A DNA stretch of 64,000 bases from Glaucostegus cemiculus (taxonomy: Eukaryota). Under the pieces are notes generated by a model. That model saw only the letters and a list, made by a program, of their open reading frames with translations. It was not told the origin of the DNA and searched no databases. Every line of letters begins with the position of its first letter. Positions within the stretch are counted from its first letter, which is position 1. The position numbers were made by a program, and so were the translations under genes. Where the stretch lies: the NCBI GenBank assembly GCA_976551045.1, contig CDPCPM010000037.1:9610001-9674000 (forward strand). Direction: 5' to 3'. Below, in pieces: positions 48,992-62,227 of this stretch.

Positions 48992-51900
48992 ATGCTTTAT
49001 CGTACTTTATTGTGTATGATATTTACATGCATTTTACATTATGTACTTGACATAGTGGACAGTTTTAAATAAAATGTAGTCCCCTATATCAGTTTCATAA
49101 AGATCCATTTAATTAAATTAAGTTTTTTTTAACTTGCAAAACAGCCTGTATTTTGAAGGTTTATTAAGTTCTCTAATATATTGGATATGTTTTGTAACAT
49201 TTCGTAAATCATTTTGAAGCTACAAATATTTGGCAGAAATGATCACTTTTAGTTTGGTAGGAGTGCAACTTGAATTACTGCTGCATTCTTGGTTATGTTT
49301 TGTGAGTTTAATGTGTGTACATTCAGTGTGCATGCTGTGAGCTTTAATTGCTTATAATGTTGTTTCTTCATGACTAATTAGTTGTAATGATTCAGTAATC
49401 CAGTGCCTGTGTAAATCTCTGTAAAGTTGGATACCATGCAATACCATGCATGGTTAAATGTTAATGCATTAATTTGTACTTCAATTTTGAAGATAGACTA
49501 ATTCAAGTCTGATTGGGAGTCTTCCACTTTTTTTTGCAGATTCTACTAAGATATTGATCTACATCTTTGTTTCATATTATTAAGATTGTAAAAGCAATTT
49601 AATTTTGGATTCCCCTTTGAATTTAGCAGATACTGGTCTGTTTATACATAAGTATTCTTGTTTGTTTATGAACTGAGTTTTTGGAAGGGGAACATTTGAA
49701 TAAGAATCCTGGCAAAATTCAAACGACCTTACTTTTGAAGTAAATGTTTTTCCTGATAAAGGTATGTGCTGCTGGTAGTTTAGCATTTATTGCCCTTGAA
49801 CTGAATGGTTGGTGGGTGAACGGCATTGTTATCAGTCTAGATTTCTTCCTAGACCAAACTGGCAAGGGCAGCAGATTCCCTTTACCTGAAGGGGTTTGGT
49901 TTCAATCTCATCACTAGTAATTAAGAAAGATTCATTTACTGGAGTAATTTAAATTTGCAGCTGCAATATTGGAAGCTCCAATTGCCAGATCATTAGTCAA
50001 GGCTTGAGGATTATATTTCTGAAAAAAATTAATGGAAGTGTAGGTTGCACCACATGGATATGCTGGCTTTTGGGACCTACTTTCCAAAGTCGATTATAGT
50101 AACTGCTAATACAGGAGTTGCTCTTTTATATTTAATAAGAAATTTGAATGAAGAATTTGTAATGTCATTAGTTAATTTAGCAATGGAGTATAATTTATTC
50201 TATTTTGTGTACATTTTAAATTCAAAATGTGATTACAGTGCATACTTATACCTTCAGCCATTTAAATATTTACACTTACAAGTTGTCCTAATTCTCTCAC
50301 ACTTGGTGACATTCATTTTGTGTTTTTATTTGCATTGAGGCATAATATGCTGTGTTGTTTCATATGATGTACAGTATCCTAGTTTTAAAAGACTGGTGTA
50401 TTTTGTGTTCCTCTTTTGTATATTTTGATAATACATTTGTAAACTTAATTTTTTAAATCATGGGCAATGCTATTTGGAATGTTGTACCTTTTTAATGTTG
50501 GCTGACTGCTCTAGAGGATAGAATTTGTATGATTCCTAAATAATGTTAAAGTCTCCTGAGCTCATTTGCTAACATTTTGCTCTCTGACTAAAACGTTCTA
50601 GATCCATATTTTTTTGAAGCATCAAGGCATGGTTCAATTAGAAAGAACCAACACAGATATGAGAGGTTGAATGTGCACTGAATATGTGATTGAGGAAGCA
50701 ATGCATCTGAAATAACTCCTTAATATGCTATGCAGCGTGCTTACATAACTTAATTGGTTTAACTTAATAAAATTATTCCAGAAGTCAGCCGTAGAACAGG
50801 CTGCAGCTGCAATATGAATTTTAAAAAAATAGCTATATCTTGATTTGGTAACTACTAAATATGATGGTGGATTCTCTGCCTTTGGTATAATTTACAGTTG
50901 AAGTTTCTCGGTCATTTGTGTTGGTGTAGTTGAGGGCAGACAAATTGTACTGAGCACACTGGCCAGAAGTTTCTGCATGTGTGTGATACTGTCACCAACT
51001 TTGCAATAGCACTGTGAAATTAGGATGAAAATAACCAATTTTAACCACAGAAATAGTGCTAATATATGTAATAAACTGACGGAAGAATTATATAGCTGCT
51101 CTAGTAACTGGAGGGAAAAAAGGTGACAATGTATTTGAACTAGCTGAATTAATAAAAGTTATTTAATCTTGGACTTATAAAAAGTCCCATTCTCTAGCAT
51201 TAAACTGAAACTTTGCATATGGTACAGTATAAGAAGTCCTATCAAGATATCTTCAATATCCTTTAGCCAAAACATGCCTCCCTTAATCAACAAAGCCAAA
51301 AAAAAGAGAGGCAGCTCTCATTCCAGTGTTGACTCTACTTTCCTGCCTGCTCCTCCATACCCTCATCCCCAAAGTTTGAAAATCTCCTGAGCTTCCATAG
51401 TTCTCAATAGATGATAAATTCCAAAGATTTGATTGAAGGAAAAATCTCTTCTACTCTATATGATCCTTGGTGCTGATTTCCCATAACAGGAAGAAGTTAT
51501 ATGGCATCTACTTATCTAACCATCTTGGGAACTTGTAGGTGTCAAAAGATCACCTCCCACACTTTTAATTTCCAGAACCTAGGCCCAGTCTATTTAACAT
51601 TTCCTTGTAAGGATGTTCCCTTCATATTTGGAACTTCTGGCAGGTGCCAGTTTGGGAATTACATCTCTACAGACAACTCATCAGAATTGAAGAATTATTG
51701 ATATTAGTTTATTATCTTTAATTCTCTTTATTGTGTTTTTATTATCTTTAATTACTAGAATTGTCCCTTATTTATAGATATATAGTAGCATCTCACTGCA
51801 TGTCAGTTGGTTGTCCTTTGCATCATTGGGTGTTTGTTAGAAATATCTGGTGTTGCCAAAATATTTTCTGCATCTGTTCTAGCATCACATCTTTGTTTGC

Positions 51901-52887
51901 ACAGATCCATGTGCTTGGGTAGGCTGTATTGAAGTACAGGTAATGAGTGTCATGGGTTGACTATAATGCCGAAGGAACAAAGGTGAAAATTTCAAAACTC
52001 CCAGGAGGTAATATCAGCAGCAGGTCCAGGCTGTTCTTGTGTGGATAGTGAAGCTGGTCTCTGGGTGCTAATGATAAATCCATTGGATTTCCCAAACAAT
52101 ACCTGCAATGTGGAAGATATGGTTTGACATGGGACCCTGATGATGACTCCGTTTACTTGTCCCTAGCTATCAGTATGTGGATACAAGAGCTATTATCACT
52201 TTAGATTCTCCTTCTGTGGAGATGCTCAGAACTAGCCCTGGTTGGGAGTCATAGCTGTACTTTCCCATCAAAAAACCTACTACATAGATTATGTTCCTTT
52301 GTGTTTGTATTTGTCTGTCATTTGATTTTAATGGCTGTGGTGCAAGAAGAATGTTCAATGCCGTTGGTAATATGTGAATGGCCAAATTTGGGATAAAGCT
52401 TTAAGCTGGGGTCCTTGGTATCCTCTTCCAACCAAGTAGTTTCCCGTCCCTGGTCTTTGATTTGCTTGCACTCTATAAAGATTGCAGAAATCGGATATCT
52501 GGTACGATTTACCATGATGGTTGGTTGTAGTCAGGCTATTGTAATGCACTAGGCCTAACCCCTCTGTCACAATGTATCTGGGTTGTTAAGGAAGCAGAAT
52601 GAGTCCTGATGCAGGGTTTTGAAACATTGACAGTTCCTTTCCTCACAGATGCTGCTTCACCCGCTGAGTTCTTCCAACAGATTGCTGTTCCACAGATAAT
52701 TTGTCTTCACCACTAAACATTTCTAAATCCCAATGAGCTCACTTAACCTCACCAACAACTGCAAGTAAATAATAAGACTGAGATTTAAAAATGTTGGTTG
52801 CCTTTTCTGCTACCTCCCTTTTGAGCATCTCCTAATCTCTGCTGGTCTCAGTTTTGATCACCTCTCTATTTTTATATCTCCCTTAAA

Positions 52888-53700
52888 CTATAGAACCTCA
52901 TAGCACAGGAACAGCCTTTCAGCCACCAGGTCTGTGCTGAGCATGATATAAAATTAGACTAATCCCTTCTGCCTGCATGTGAACTATATCCCCTGGATAT
53001 TCATTTGCCTATCTAAAAAGCTTCTGGAACACCATTATCATATTTGCTTCTACAATCACCCCTGGCAGCATGTTCTACACATCTACTGTTTTTTTTAAAA
53101 GAAATCGTAACCTGCCCATATCCTTTGAATTCTCTCCTCACCTTAAAGCTATGTCCTCTAGTATTTTACATTTTCTATCCTGGGGGAAAAAAAATTCTGG
53201 CTGTCTACCCTATGTATGCCTCTCATAATTTTATAAACCTATCGGGTCTCCCCTCAGCTTCTGATGCTCCAGAGAAAAGAAAGTTTGTCCAACCTCTCCC
53301 CATAGCTAAAGTCCTCTAAACCGGGCAGCTTCCTGGTAAACTCTCTCAAGCCTCTCTATCCTTCCTGTAATGAGGTAAGCAGAACTGCATGTGCCACCTA
53401 ACCAAATTTTTATACAACTGCAACATGACTTCCTGACCCCATTCCCCTACTTGGAAGGCAAGCATGCCATATGCCTTTTTTTTAACACTCTATCTACTTG
53501 TCACTTTCAAGGACCTATGGACTTGGATCCCAAGATCCCTCTGTACTTCAGTGATGTTAAGGATCTTGTTGTTGACTGTATATGCTCCCCTTACATTTGC
53601 CTGGATAAAACTTTATCTGTCATTTCACCACCCATAACTAAATGATCCATATCCTGCTGTACCCTCTGACAACCACCTTCACTGTCCAATACTCCACAAG
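52888..53700 (-). mobile_element. Degraded CR1 3' portion
   Basis: catagcacaggaacagcctttcagccc-like tail complement; ctggctgtctaccctatgtatgcctctcataatttt; ccaagatccctctgtac. Confidence 0.8.
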
Positions 53701-54009
53701 TCTCTCCAAGCTTATTTTGTCTTGACACAAACCTGATTCATTTTCCAAAATAATTGTACATTTGTATAATTATGCCACTTTGTACTGTACTGTCCCTCCC
53801 TCCATTATAAACCAACTCTTCAAAAAAAATTACCCTCAACTGACCTGTTTCCACTTTCCCTGTCTTCTAATTTATGAATATGTAGTTGCTCTGAAATCTG
53901 TTTGCATTAAACATGGAAATATAATAGACATACATGTCTGCTTCTGATTTATGTTTCGTCTCAAATTCATCTCGTTAGGCATTCAATTGTAGCTAAATAT
54001 GTCTGCTGG

Positions 54010-54560
54010 GGACAACTTTTCAAACCCTAGACCATTAAGTTTGGAGTCCATAAATATGCCCTTGATTTCTTCCTCATCAGTGTAATGGTTTCATGTACTT
54101 TGCAGTTTTGCCTCTTCTTCCATCAATCCTCCCCTACCTTAATGTTGAAAAACTTTGCCAGACCTGCAATATTTGATAAGCCACAACTTCTTCCAGCTAA
54201 TTGTCTCAAAGAGTAAAGCTGCTGTCTTCATCCCCAACATACGCTCACTTTCCTTGCGATCAATTTTCAACCAAAATTTTCAGCTCTGGTCTAACCAAAT
54301 TTGCAATTTGAAGCAAGTTTCTCACCTCTTATCACAATTTCTTTAAAGCTACCTTTTATCCATGCCTTTTGGCCAATCTGCTGCTTAACCTTTCATCCAA
54401 CTTTAATGACCTGCAAGCTTGTCAGGCTTCTCCCATTTCATCTTTCAAAATGTATGGTTTTATCTTGTTTATCAACACTTGTGTCCTTGATGACTCGATC
54501 TCACCTCAAAAATAAAATACTCATCTTCAAATTATATCATGTTAACATTTCTTAACACTG
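54010..54560 (+). mobile_element. Possible degraded L2-like fragment
   Basis: gccacaacttcttccagctaa, ctggtctaaccaaatttgcaatttg and catgccttt resemble L2 ORF2 sequence. Confidence 0.35.
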
Positions 54561-57500
54561 GAAATGCCTTTTGACCTACAAGCATGATGTTCCAAACTTT
54601 TTCTCCACATCTGATGTGTCAACTATCTCACTTTTCCCCTCAAACATCTACACCTGTTATTCCCCAACCAGTTCTTTACACAGTTACATCAGCAACTGCT
54701 TTGTAATATCCTAAAAATGAATGGACACAAAATCATATAGGAAAAATGTTTAGTTTAATAGAGGCAATTATTTGAAATGCACACAAGTTAAATTTTGTGT
54801 TATAAATATCAATGGAAAAATATGCTTTCTGGTGGCAAGCCTCTCAAAAACAATCCATCCCAGTGAAGAAAATCAGAAACTGATGGCAAAAGCTACTGTT
54901 TGCTAATTTAATGGATGTTTAATAGCTTGAAGTGCTTTCATGATGAATTGGCGTATTTGCTTTGGTAATTCAGCATCTATCAAAGTCTTAGAAAAAGCAG
55001 AAACTCCAGTCCTTTCAGACTGTGCTTCACTATTCTGTTTTTCAGCTCCCACTGGAGTATGCTGCAAAATTCTCAAAACAATTTACTTCCAAAATATCTT
55101 TTAACATGGTGATTTGACTAATTACAGTGATCAGTAATTTCAATGAAGAAATTAAATTTGAGTAGAGTAAAACAAAAAGGCACTTAAAGGTTGATCTAAA
55201 AGTATCATGGGTCATGCAGTGTAATATGTGGACCAGGGAGTATCACCAAATGTGCTTTGAGTACACGTTATTCTAGAAAGCATAACTAACTGTGCATAAC
55301 AGTACAAGGTGAGTAACTGCATATGAGATGGGATAAATATTTCATCTTGGTAATTTTGCACAATTGAATCTTTCATTTTCAGTTTCTCTTCCAGTCAAGG
55401 AATTATGAAGTGACGGCATGAAATAAGAGAAATCAGAAGTTGGGCAAGTCACAACTCAACAGCTCATACTGGATCTACTATTCTAATGGTACTAAAGTTT
55501 CTAATGTTATACTTGTCTTGAGTTAACCAGGAATGTTGAGGCTAAAGCTCATTTCATATTATCTTTGTTGATTTATTGGTGCCCTTGAAATTGGTGTTTA
55601 GAAATGAAGACCCAATAATTTGCTTCCTGTCCAGTTCTTTGTTAAAGGTTAACCTTGTCATAGGCACAAAAGTATTCATCTGAAGTTACCTTACCAAAAA
55701 TGCTTTCCTATTGTAAATAATTACTAATCAGTGCTGATCCAAATATAGCAATCCATTTAGGTTTGTTTATATTGTGCCAACCTTGAAATAAGAATCAGTT
55801 TAACACTGGACTGGAAGTACTGTCAGTTGTAAGGATTCCCATTAAATTAGTACACTAAATTCTTATCCCAAAAAGCATTTTTTAAATCATTTTTCTAGTA
55901 GCTTTGATTTCCTTAAACTGTGTGTGCAGTTTGGAATAATGTGGAAACATAAGTAAATGGATAATTTTCCTACTTTGAGTTTGTCTTGCCTGTCAAAAAG
56001 ACATCAACATTTGAAGTCGGCCATTCAAAGTTGTGGTTGTTATTTCCTGCACTGATTGGAAATACTAAAACTAATAAATTCCTAGACCTCTGCTACAACT
56101 TTCAGGGAAAATAAAATCAAGTGCATTCATGATCAGAGGCTTCTGGATATATGGTAATATGTGGCTTAGGAGCATTAAGAATAAGTGAAGTCTTTGATCT
56201 TGTATGGATTCTGAGAGATTTGCATGGGGACTCGTAAGTTGAAACTAATGTAATAGAAATAGGAAACTTTAAAACTTGGCTGTAGATGGGCAATCTACAG
56301 TGTAAATGAAAAAGATTAAGTATGAACAGCTTGGTGTGGAGCTGATAAATAGGCCAAACAATTTTTACTACAATTAGAAAATGCTACAGTAAATTCAAGA
56401 TGCACTGTACAATTTTTAAAGCTATCTAAATAACTGGTCACCTTAAAAGTATTATCAATGGAGGTTTGTTTTAGCATAATTTAACCTATTCTACTAAAAG
56501 AAATACAATAATATCAACTCTTTAAAATTAAGTACCAGAAACTATTAACAAAAGTGTGCAAAGTCCAATAACTTTCCCTTGATTATTTGACAGTTGCATT
56601 GAACAACTTTCAAGAGTGGAAAGAAACAATACCAAGGGATGAGTACCATTACATTAATTTACAATGTAGATAAATCTTGATGCATCTTAAAAGCATTTTT
56701 TCACCAAACTAACTGACAGCTAATAACTCAAACTTTGATGCAGACTTGTTATTTTAAGAATGCCAGATGTACAATTATTACAAACTAGTGAATAATATTG
56801 ATTATGCTGTATTGATAATTGGAAATGGGTAGAATATAAAGGGGCAATTTAAAATGGATTACACAATTGATCATATTAAATACAATTTGATACTCAATAC
56901 TTCTATAGCTTTACTCTTACCACTGTGTTGGTATAGCACACAAAATCATTCTACTAATTTCTGTGCAAACATATTTGACATCAGTTTATAAAATACCATA
57001 CAACTCTCGCCCGTTACTCAAAGAAATATCAGCACAAAATACATTTGCTCTTCAAACAGTATGTAGAAAACAAATTAGTAGAAATGATAAATCTCTCATA
57101 CCACTGGCCAGATGAAGTCTGTAAAAGATTTGAGCAATATGCTGTTTTAAATTCCACACAAGTGATAATTTCAGTCTTTAATGAATTAATGCTCTAATCC
57201 ATATTCCATCAACAAATGAAATTTTAACCAAGAGGCTGAATTTGTGCAACAATGACCATTTTTTCTCTCAAAAATATTTTAAAGGGATTAAGTTTTCTTT
57301 TATTGTGCTTTGCTTGATTTTTACCATCTATCAATAGAAATACAACTGGTGCCAAAGCTTTGCCTATGACTGCCTCACTTAACAGGAAGAGATGCTTTCT
57401 GTACCTCTGTACTGCTGGGCAAGAATTTGATGTTCAGTTGACAGGAAGTGTGCTTTAACAGATAATTCTAATGCAGTTTTTCCATGATGTAAAACAGTTC

Positions 57501-58391
57501 CTTTTAAATTAATGCCTTATGGAAGATAAAACACATTGGAGAATTGTACAAAAAGTATGGTTTTGGTTGGAAAGTCTGCACAAAATGAATCACTTTACCA
57601 TTAACCCATTTGCTTTCAAAAATCCCATTTCCTAAGTTTTTATTTCTTCCACTATATTCCTATTTTGATTTTAAAACTCAGGGCATTGTAAGCTTTACAT
57701 CCTATAACAGGAAGCATATTTTTGGAAATGAAAAATAGTAGTTGACTTTTTTTCTAGCAAATAAAATGCCTAATTTCCCATGGCAGGAAAAGTGCTGTAT
57801 TCATAAGCATGAAATGATCAAAGCAGATGAATATCAAGTCAAGATACCATAAGAATGTGTGTTATGATATGCAAGGAATACTTGATCTAAATTAGTATTT
57901 ATTTGGTACTTAAGCATACATGTGAAACTTGTGTGGTTTTAAGACATCTTTGACATGAAAGTGCACATGCTGTCAATTTTGACATGATTTTAGAATGTTC
58001 ATAATATGGTTGTCTTTTTGCATTATCACAAGGGAAATGCAAGCCAAAAAGCATAATATTGAGTTGCCTTGGCCATAGAACAGCTTTGAGTCTTAAGTTC
58101 CATTTAATATGCTGCCTTGGTGGGTTGGAGCTACAACTCCGGGTATTTTTATGATTTCACAGATAACCTACAGTATTTCAAGTAACACCATTAATCCTAG
58201 AGTTTCTTCATGCAAGTCCATTTGTACTTTGAGTTACTTTACAGGACATCTCCACGATTCCAGTAAAGCACTTCCTAGCTTTCGTCCAAGTGGAACTTGG
58301 TGACATAAACTGTACAAAACTTGCAGTAATGTCATGTTCTTCTTGTTCATGTGAATAGTGTTCCCCCTAGGCAAGGGCAACAACATACCAA

Positions 58392-58508
58392 TCACTTGCT
58401 TGGTTTAAAGAATGTCCTATTGGGATTTGCAGGAAAATAGGCTTCAGTTCGGTATAGGTTGGGTAGCTCATATGCAAAATTCTGTTGGCTGAGACAGCTG
58501 CGCTTCTT
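58392..58508 (-). CDS. BCAS4: BCAS4 (cappuccino/BLOC1S4 family) terminal coding exon
   Basis: tttttctcttctag| acceptor; encodes KKRSCLSQQNFAYELPNLYRTEAYFPANPNRTFFKPSK*. YELPxLYRTExYF is the family C-terminal signature. Confidence 0.92.
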   Translation of the reverse strand, partial: KKRSCLSQQNFAYELPNLYRTEAYFPANPNRTFFKPSK

Positions 58509-58794
58509 CTAGAAGAGAAAAATAATGTTAAAACTTGGAGAAAATAACTGAAATGCAACAGTTGGAATATTTATGCTTTTATACAGCCAATACACTGCAA
58601 ATTACTATTGTATTTATTACAAAATTTCAGGAACAGTTGGCTGCCACCAACTTATCATACCCTCATAAAAAGTCCAAATGAGCCAAAGCTATTTTCCCTT
58701 AATACCTGTTGATATGAACACATGTTTAAGTAACTGAATGGTTAATTTATAAATAAAACTTATCGTTTATGTGTAGTTTTGTGCTTTCACTTAC

Positions 58795-58926
58795 ATTCAA
58801 AAATGGTGCATTTATTGAATGCAGAAATTTGCAAACACCATGAGATGTGTTGCCACAGTCCTTTTCTGCCTGAATCACTTGTTCCTCCAGCATAGCTGCA
58901 CTCTTTTCAACCATCTTCACAAAAAT
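58795..58926 (-). CDS. BCAS4: BCAS4 internal coding exon (132 nt)
   Basis: tttgtcag| acceptor; encodes IFVKMVEKSAAMLEEQVIQAEKDCGNTSHGVCKFLHSINAPFLN; donor |gtaagt. Confidence 0.93.
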
Positions 58927-61059
58927 CTGACAAAGAAACTTTTGGTTACTATAAGACATTTATGGTAAAGAATCTAATATTTTTCACCTAAAAGCTGTAT
59001 CTGGCCTTTGTTGCAGGAAAGATCTTACTAATCAACAATAGTGTTGGAAAATCTGAAAGGGGGTAAAAGTAAATCTTACCAAAGCAAAATGATCAGAACA
59101 AAAAGGATACAAGTCAATTAAAGATACCATTTAACTTATGCATTTGCAGACAAATAAGTGAAGCTACTGTTGTGGGAACCGTGTCTAAATATCCACTGTG
59201 CCCAACTTTTCCATTGTGAATTATGCATTAACCTGAAATTTGATGGGACAAACTGACTCACCACACTTTTTCCTGTGTAAATAAGCTATGATATTTGCCA
59301 TTGCTCCTATCCATTTTACTGAGTTAGATTGTGGGCAGCAGCAATTTGTTCAGAGAAGCACTTTGGGTGTACCTTCATTTGATAGCAAGCATATCAGGAA
59401 AGTTGGGTAAAAGATCAAAGAATGCAAAATACATATCTTAAAAGGGTGAAGTTAGTTATTTTTGCACCAAAAGGGAGTTTCTGTTTAACCTCAATGCTAA
59501 CAAAAACACTAACACAATAGGAGGAAATAGTACAGTTTTTTTTAGTCAAACTGTATGTCTGGTCTATTTACATTGCAAGGCAAAACGTAACTGCAAGATG
59601 GAATGAATTGAAAGTATGGGGAAATCTAAGGGTGGCTGGTGTCGTTAAAGAGATGAAATTCTTTTGAAAGCCAAAGCCTATTATAAAATGACCGACTGCC
59701 CTGTCAGGCATCTTTTGCCCTATCTGTGGCAAGGTGTGCATTTCTAACAATGGCCTCATCTGTCACATCAGAACCCACAAAACTAGAGTGGAAGCAAGAG
59801 ACTGCATTGATTTTCATCTTGATGATGAAAACAGCGATTTGTCTTAGAAAATTGCTGCCCTCTATGATATTTGGAACTGATAGCAAGAGCTATAGTCTTT
59901 AAAAAAAAATCAAAAGCTTAGCAAGCCCTATAGAATTAATTAGTTGACTCCAATTTCATAACTCTGCCATTTCAATGCCTTCTCCCTGAATACATACATT
60001 TCATTAGAGTTCTTAAATTATACAGACTTTAACATACCACCTTTTCAAAATCTTTAAAATATTGTCCATTAAAACAATTTTACATAGTTATTAACTGAAT
60101 TCTACATGAAGTTTCAAGATTTCCTATGTTAAGTGCAGGAACTAGAAGGAATCAACAGCCATCTTGACATTTGAATTTAGAGAGAAAAGAATCCACTGAA
60201 GAATATCAGGATTTGGTATTAGAACATTTTCCAGTTGGGGAACCTTGTTATTATCAGTGATTTCTAGATCAGCTATAACAATCAGATCCAAGGCAGCAAA
60301 TCAGGCAGAGCTGCTACAGGAAAAATGATACTCGCTCTGATCTCCTGCAGCTTCAGACTTTTAACCCCTGCCCTTTGCCGGCCAATTTTTCATTTCTAAA
60401 AATGTAGAAATGGACAGTCTGTTGGAAATTAGTGCCTATCTAGGGCCATTTTCTTTCATCTCATAATTAATTCAATATGCAGAGATGTTCATCTACCTCA
60501 AATGCATTCACCCAACTTCTACCATAAATTTATCAAACCAAATTCATATTTTGAAATTATTGCAAAGAAAATATTTTTGTGAATAGTTATTCAGAATATG
60601 TAACCAAATAAATTGATAGCAAAAGCAGTCATGGAACTAATGGAGCAATCCAAAGTCATATGTAACATTGCAGATGGTAATATTTCACACTGACATTACA
60701 GGATTTTTATGTTTTGTAAAAAGGCCGCTGGCCATTAATGCACAGATTCAAAGGGCTGATTAACAGGGTACATAATGTAGTTGAAGTCAAAGTCTTGAAA
60801 CCTGGGTTCCATCATGGAGTTACAATTTTATACTATACATTTGTCATTGATGGGTTTCTTACCCAGAAGTCTGTCTAAATGACAGACTTGGATTCCATTT
60901 GTACAGAAAGGACTCTAGTACTGTGATCTAACCAACCTAAAGTTTTAGGCGGAGAGTTTGGGGGGAGGTGGGGTGGGGGGCAATAAGAAGGACAAATCCA
61001 CCAGAGTAGGCCAACGTACCTGGGAAAATTCAAAATTCCCAATCACAGGAGGAATCTTT

Positions 61060-61710
61060 TTAAAAGTATGTGTGAGATGGAGAGTGGGAATAGTTTCCAC
61101 TGGTAGGTGAGACTAGAACTAGGAGACATAACTGTAAGATTCAGGGGAATAGATTTAGGATGGAGATGAGTAGTGAATCTCTGGACTTCTCTGCCCAGGG
61201 AAGCAGTAGAGGCTACCTCATTAAATATATTTAAGACAAAGTTAGATTTTTTTTGCACAGTAGGGGAATTGAGGGTTATGGGGAAAGGCAGGTAGGTGGT
61301 TCCAAGTCTACAGCTGGATCAGCCATGATCTTATTGAATGGAGGAGCACACTCAATGGGCCAGGTGGCCTATTCCTGCACTTATTTTTGCAGCTGTTTCT
61401 CCAAAATGCCCAAGGATGCTCAGTTAAGTATATTCAAGGTTCAAGAGATTGTTAGATAGGCACATGGATGAATGTGGAATAGTAGGATATGTGGGAGGTA
61501 AGAGATTGTGAGATGTTTGAAGGATGGCACAACTTGGTGGGCCGAAGGGCCTGTATTGTTCTATGGTTCTATATTGATAGATTTGTGGAACTTCAGAAAT
61601 AGAGGAATACAGGAAAATTGAGCAACAAAGCAGAATAGAGAGTAACCTCTGATTTGACTGAAAGAGCAAGCTCAAGGCCTAATGGCCTCCTCCTGTTCCT
61701 ATTGTTCTAT
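61060..61710 (+). mobile_element. Cluster of three CR1 3' ends
   Basis: Tails at about 61316-61390, 61530-61572 and 61660-61710 (gatcagccatgatcttattgaatgg..; gggccgaagggcctgt..; aatggcctcctcctgttcctat). Confidence 0.85.
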
Positions 61711-62125
61711 AAAAGGATTTAAAGAGCAGAGCCAATGTTTTTAGAAACTGCAAGCCATTGTTAGAATCCTTTCAATATATTTTTTGCTTTTCCAACCCAT
61801 CTTTTACATTTTTCTTCAAATTTGCATGCTTAATGAATCAACTAACATGGGTCTTATAGATTGAATTATCCACAATATTATCATCTAACTGAGTCACATC
61901 ATCTCCTATCCAAACATGGTAGTCAACAGTATAGCACAATGGAGAACCTCAGTGTAATGATCATCTAAAACTGGTATCCAAGAACCTGAGAAACCTAACT
62001 CATGTAAGATTCACACTACAAATCATCTATAATATAGCACCAGCATCAGAAGTGTCCATATCTATATATTTGAGATTCAGAATTGCAATATGGTATCACA
62101 AAAGCACTTAGGTATCGTTACAAAC

Positions 62126-62227
62126 CTCCATTTTATCAATCTTTGCATACACCTCCTTCATTTCTAGTGCTTTGACCTTTATTTTTGGTATATTTTCATC
62201 CAGAATTTGAGAGGAGTCATTTCGAAT
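62126..62227 (-). CDS. BCAS4: BCAS4 internal coding exon (102 nt)
   Basis: ctttttcttag| acceptor; encodes IRNDSSQILDENIPKIKVKALEMKEVYAKIDKME; donor |gtttg. Confidence 0.93.

Noticed and set aside
51705-51755. Short local duplications (also at about 11920-11960, 31030-31062, 37433-37453 and 49431-49451)
   Set aside because: Two-copy 10-21 bp slippage duplications with no evidence of function.
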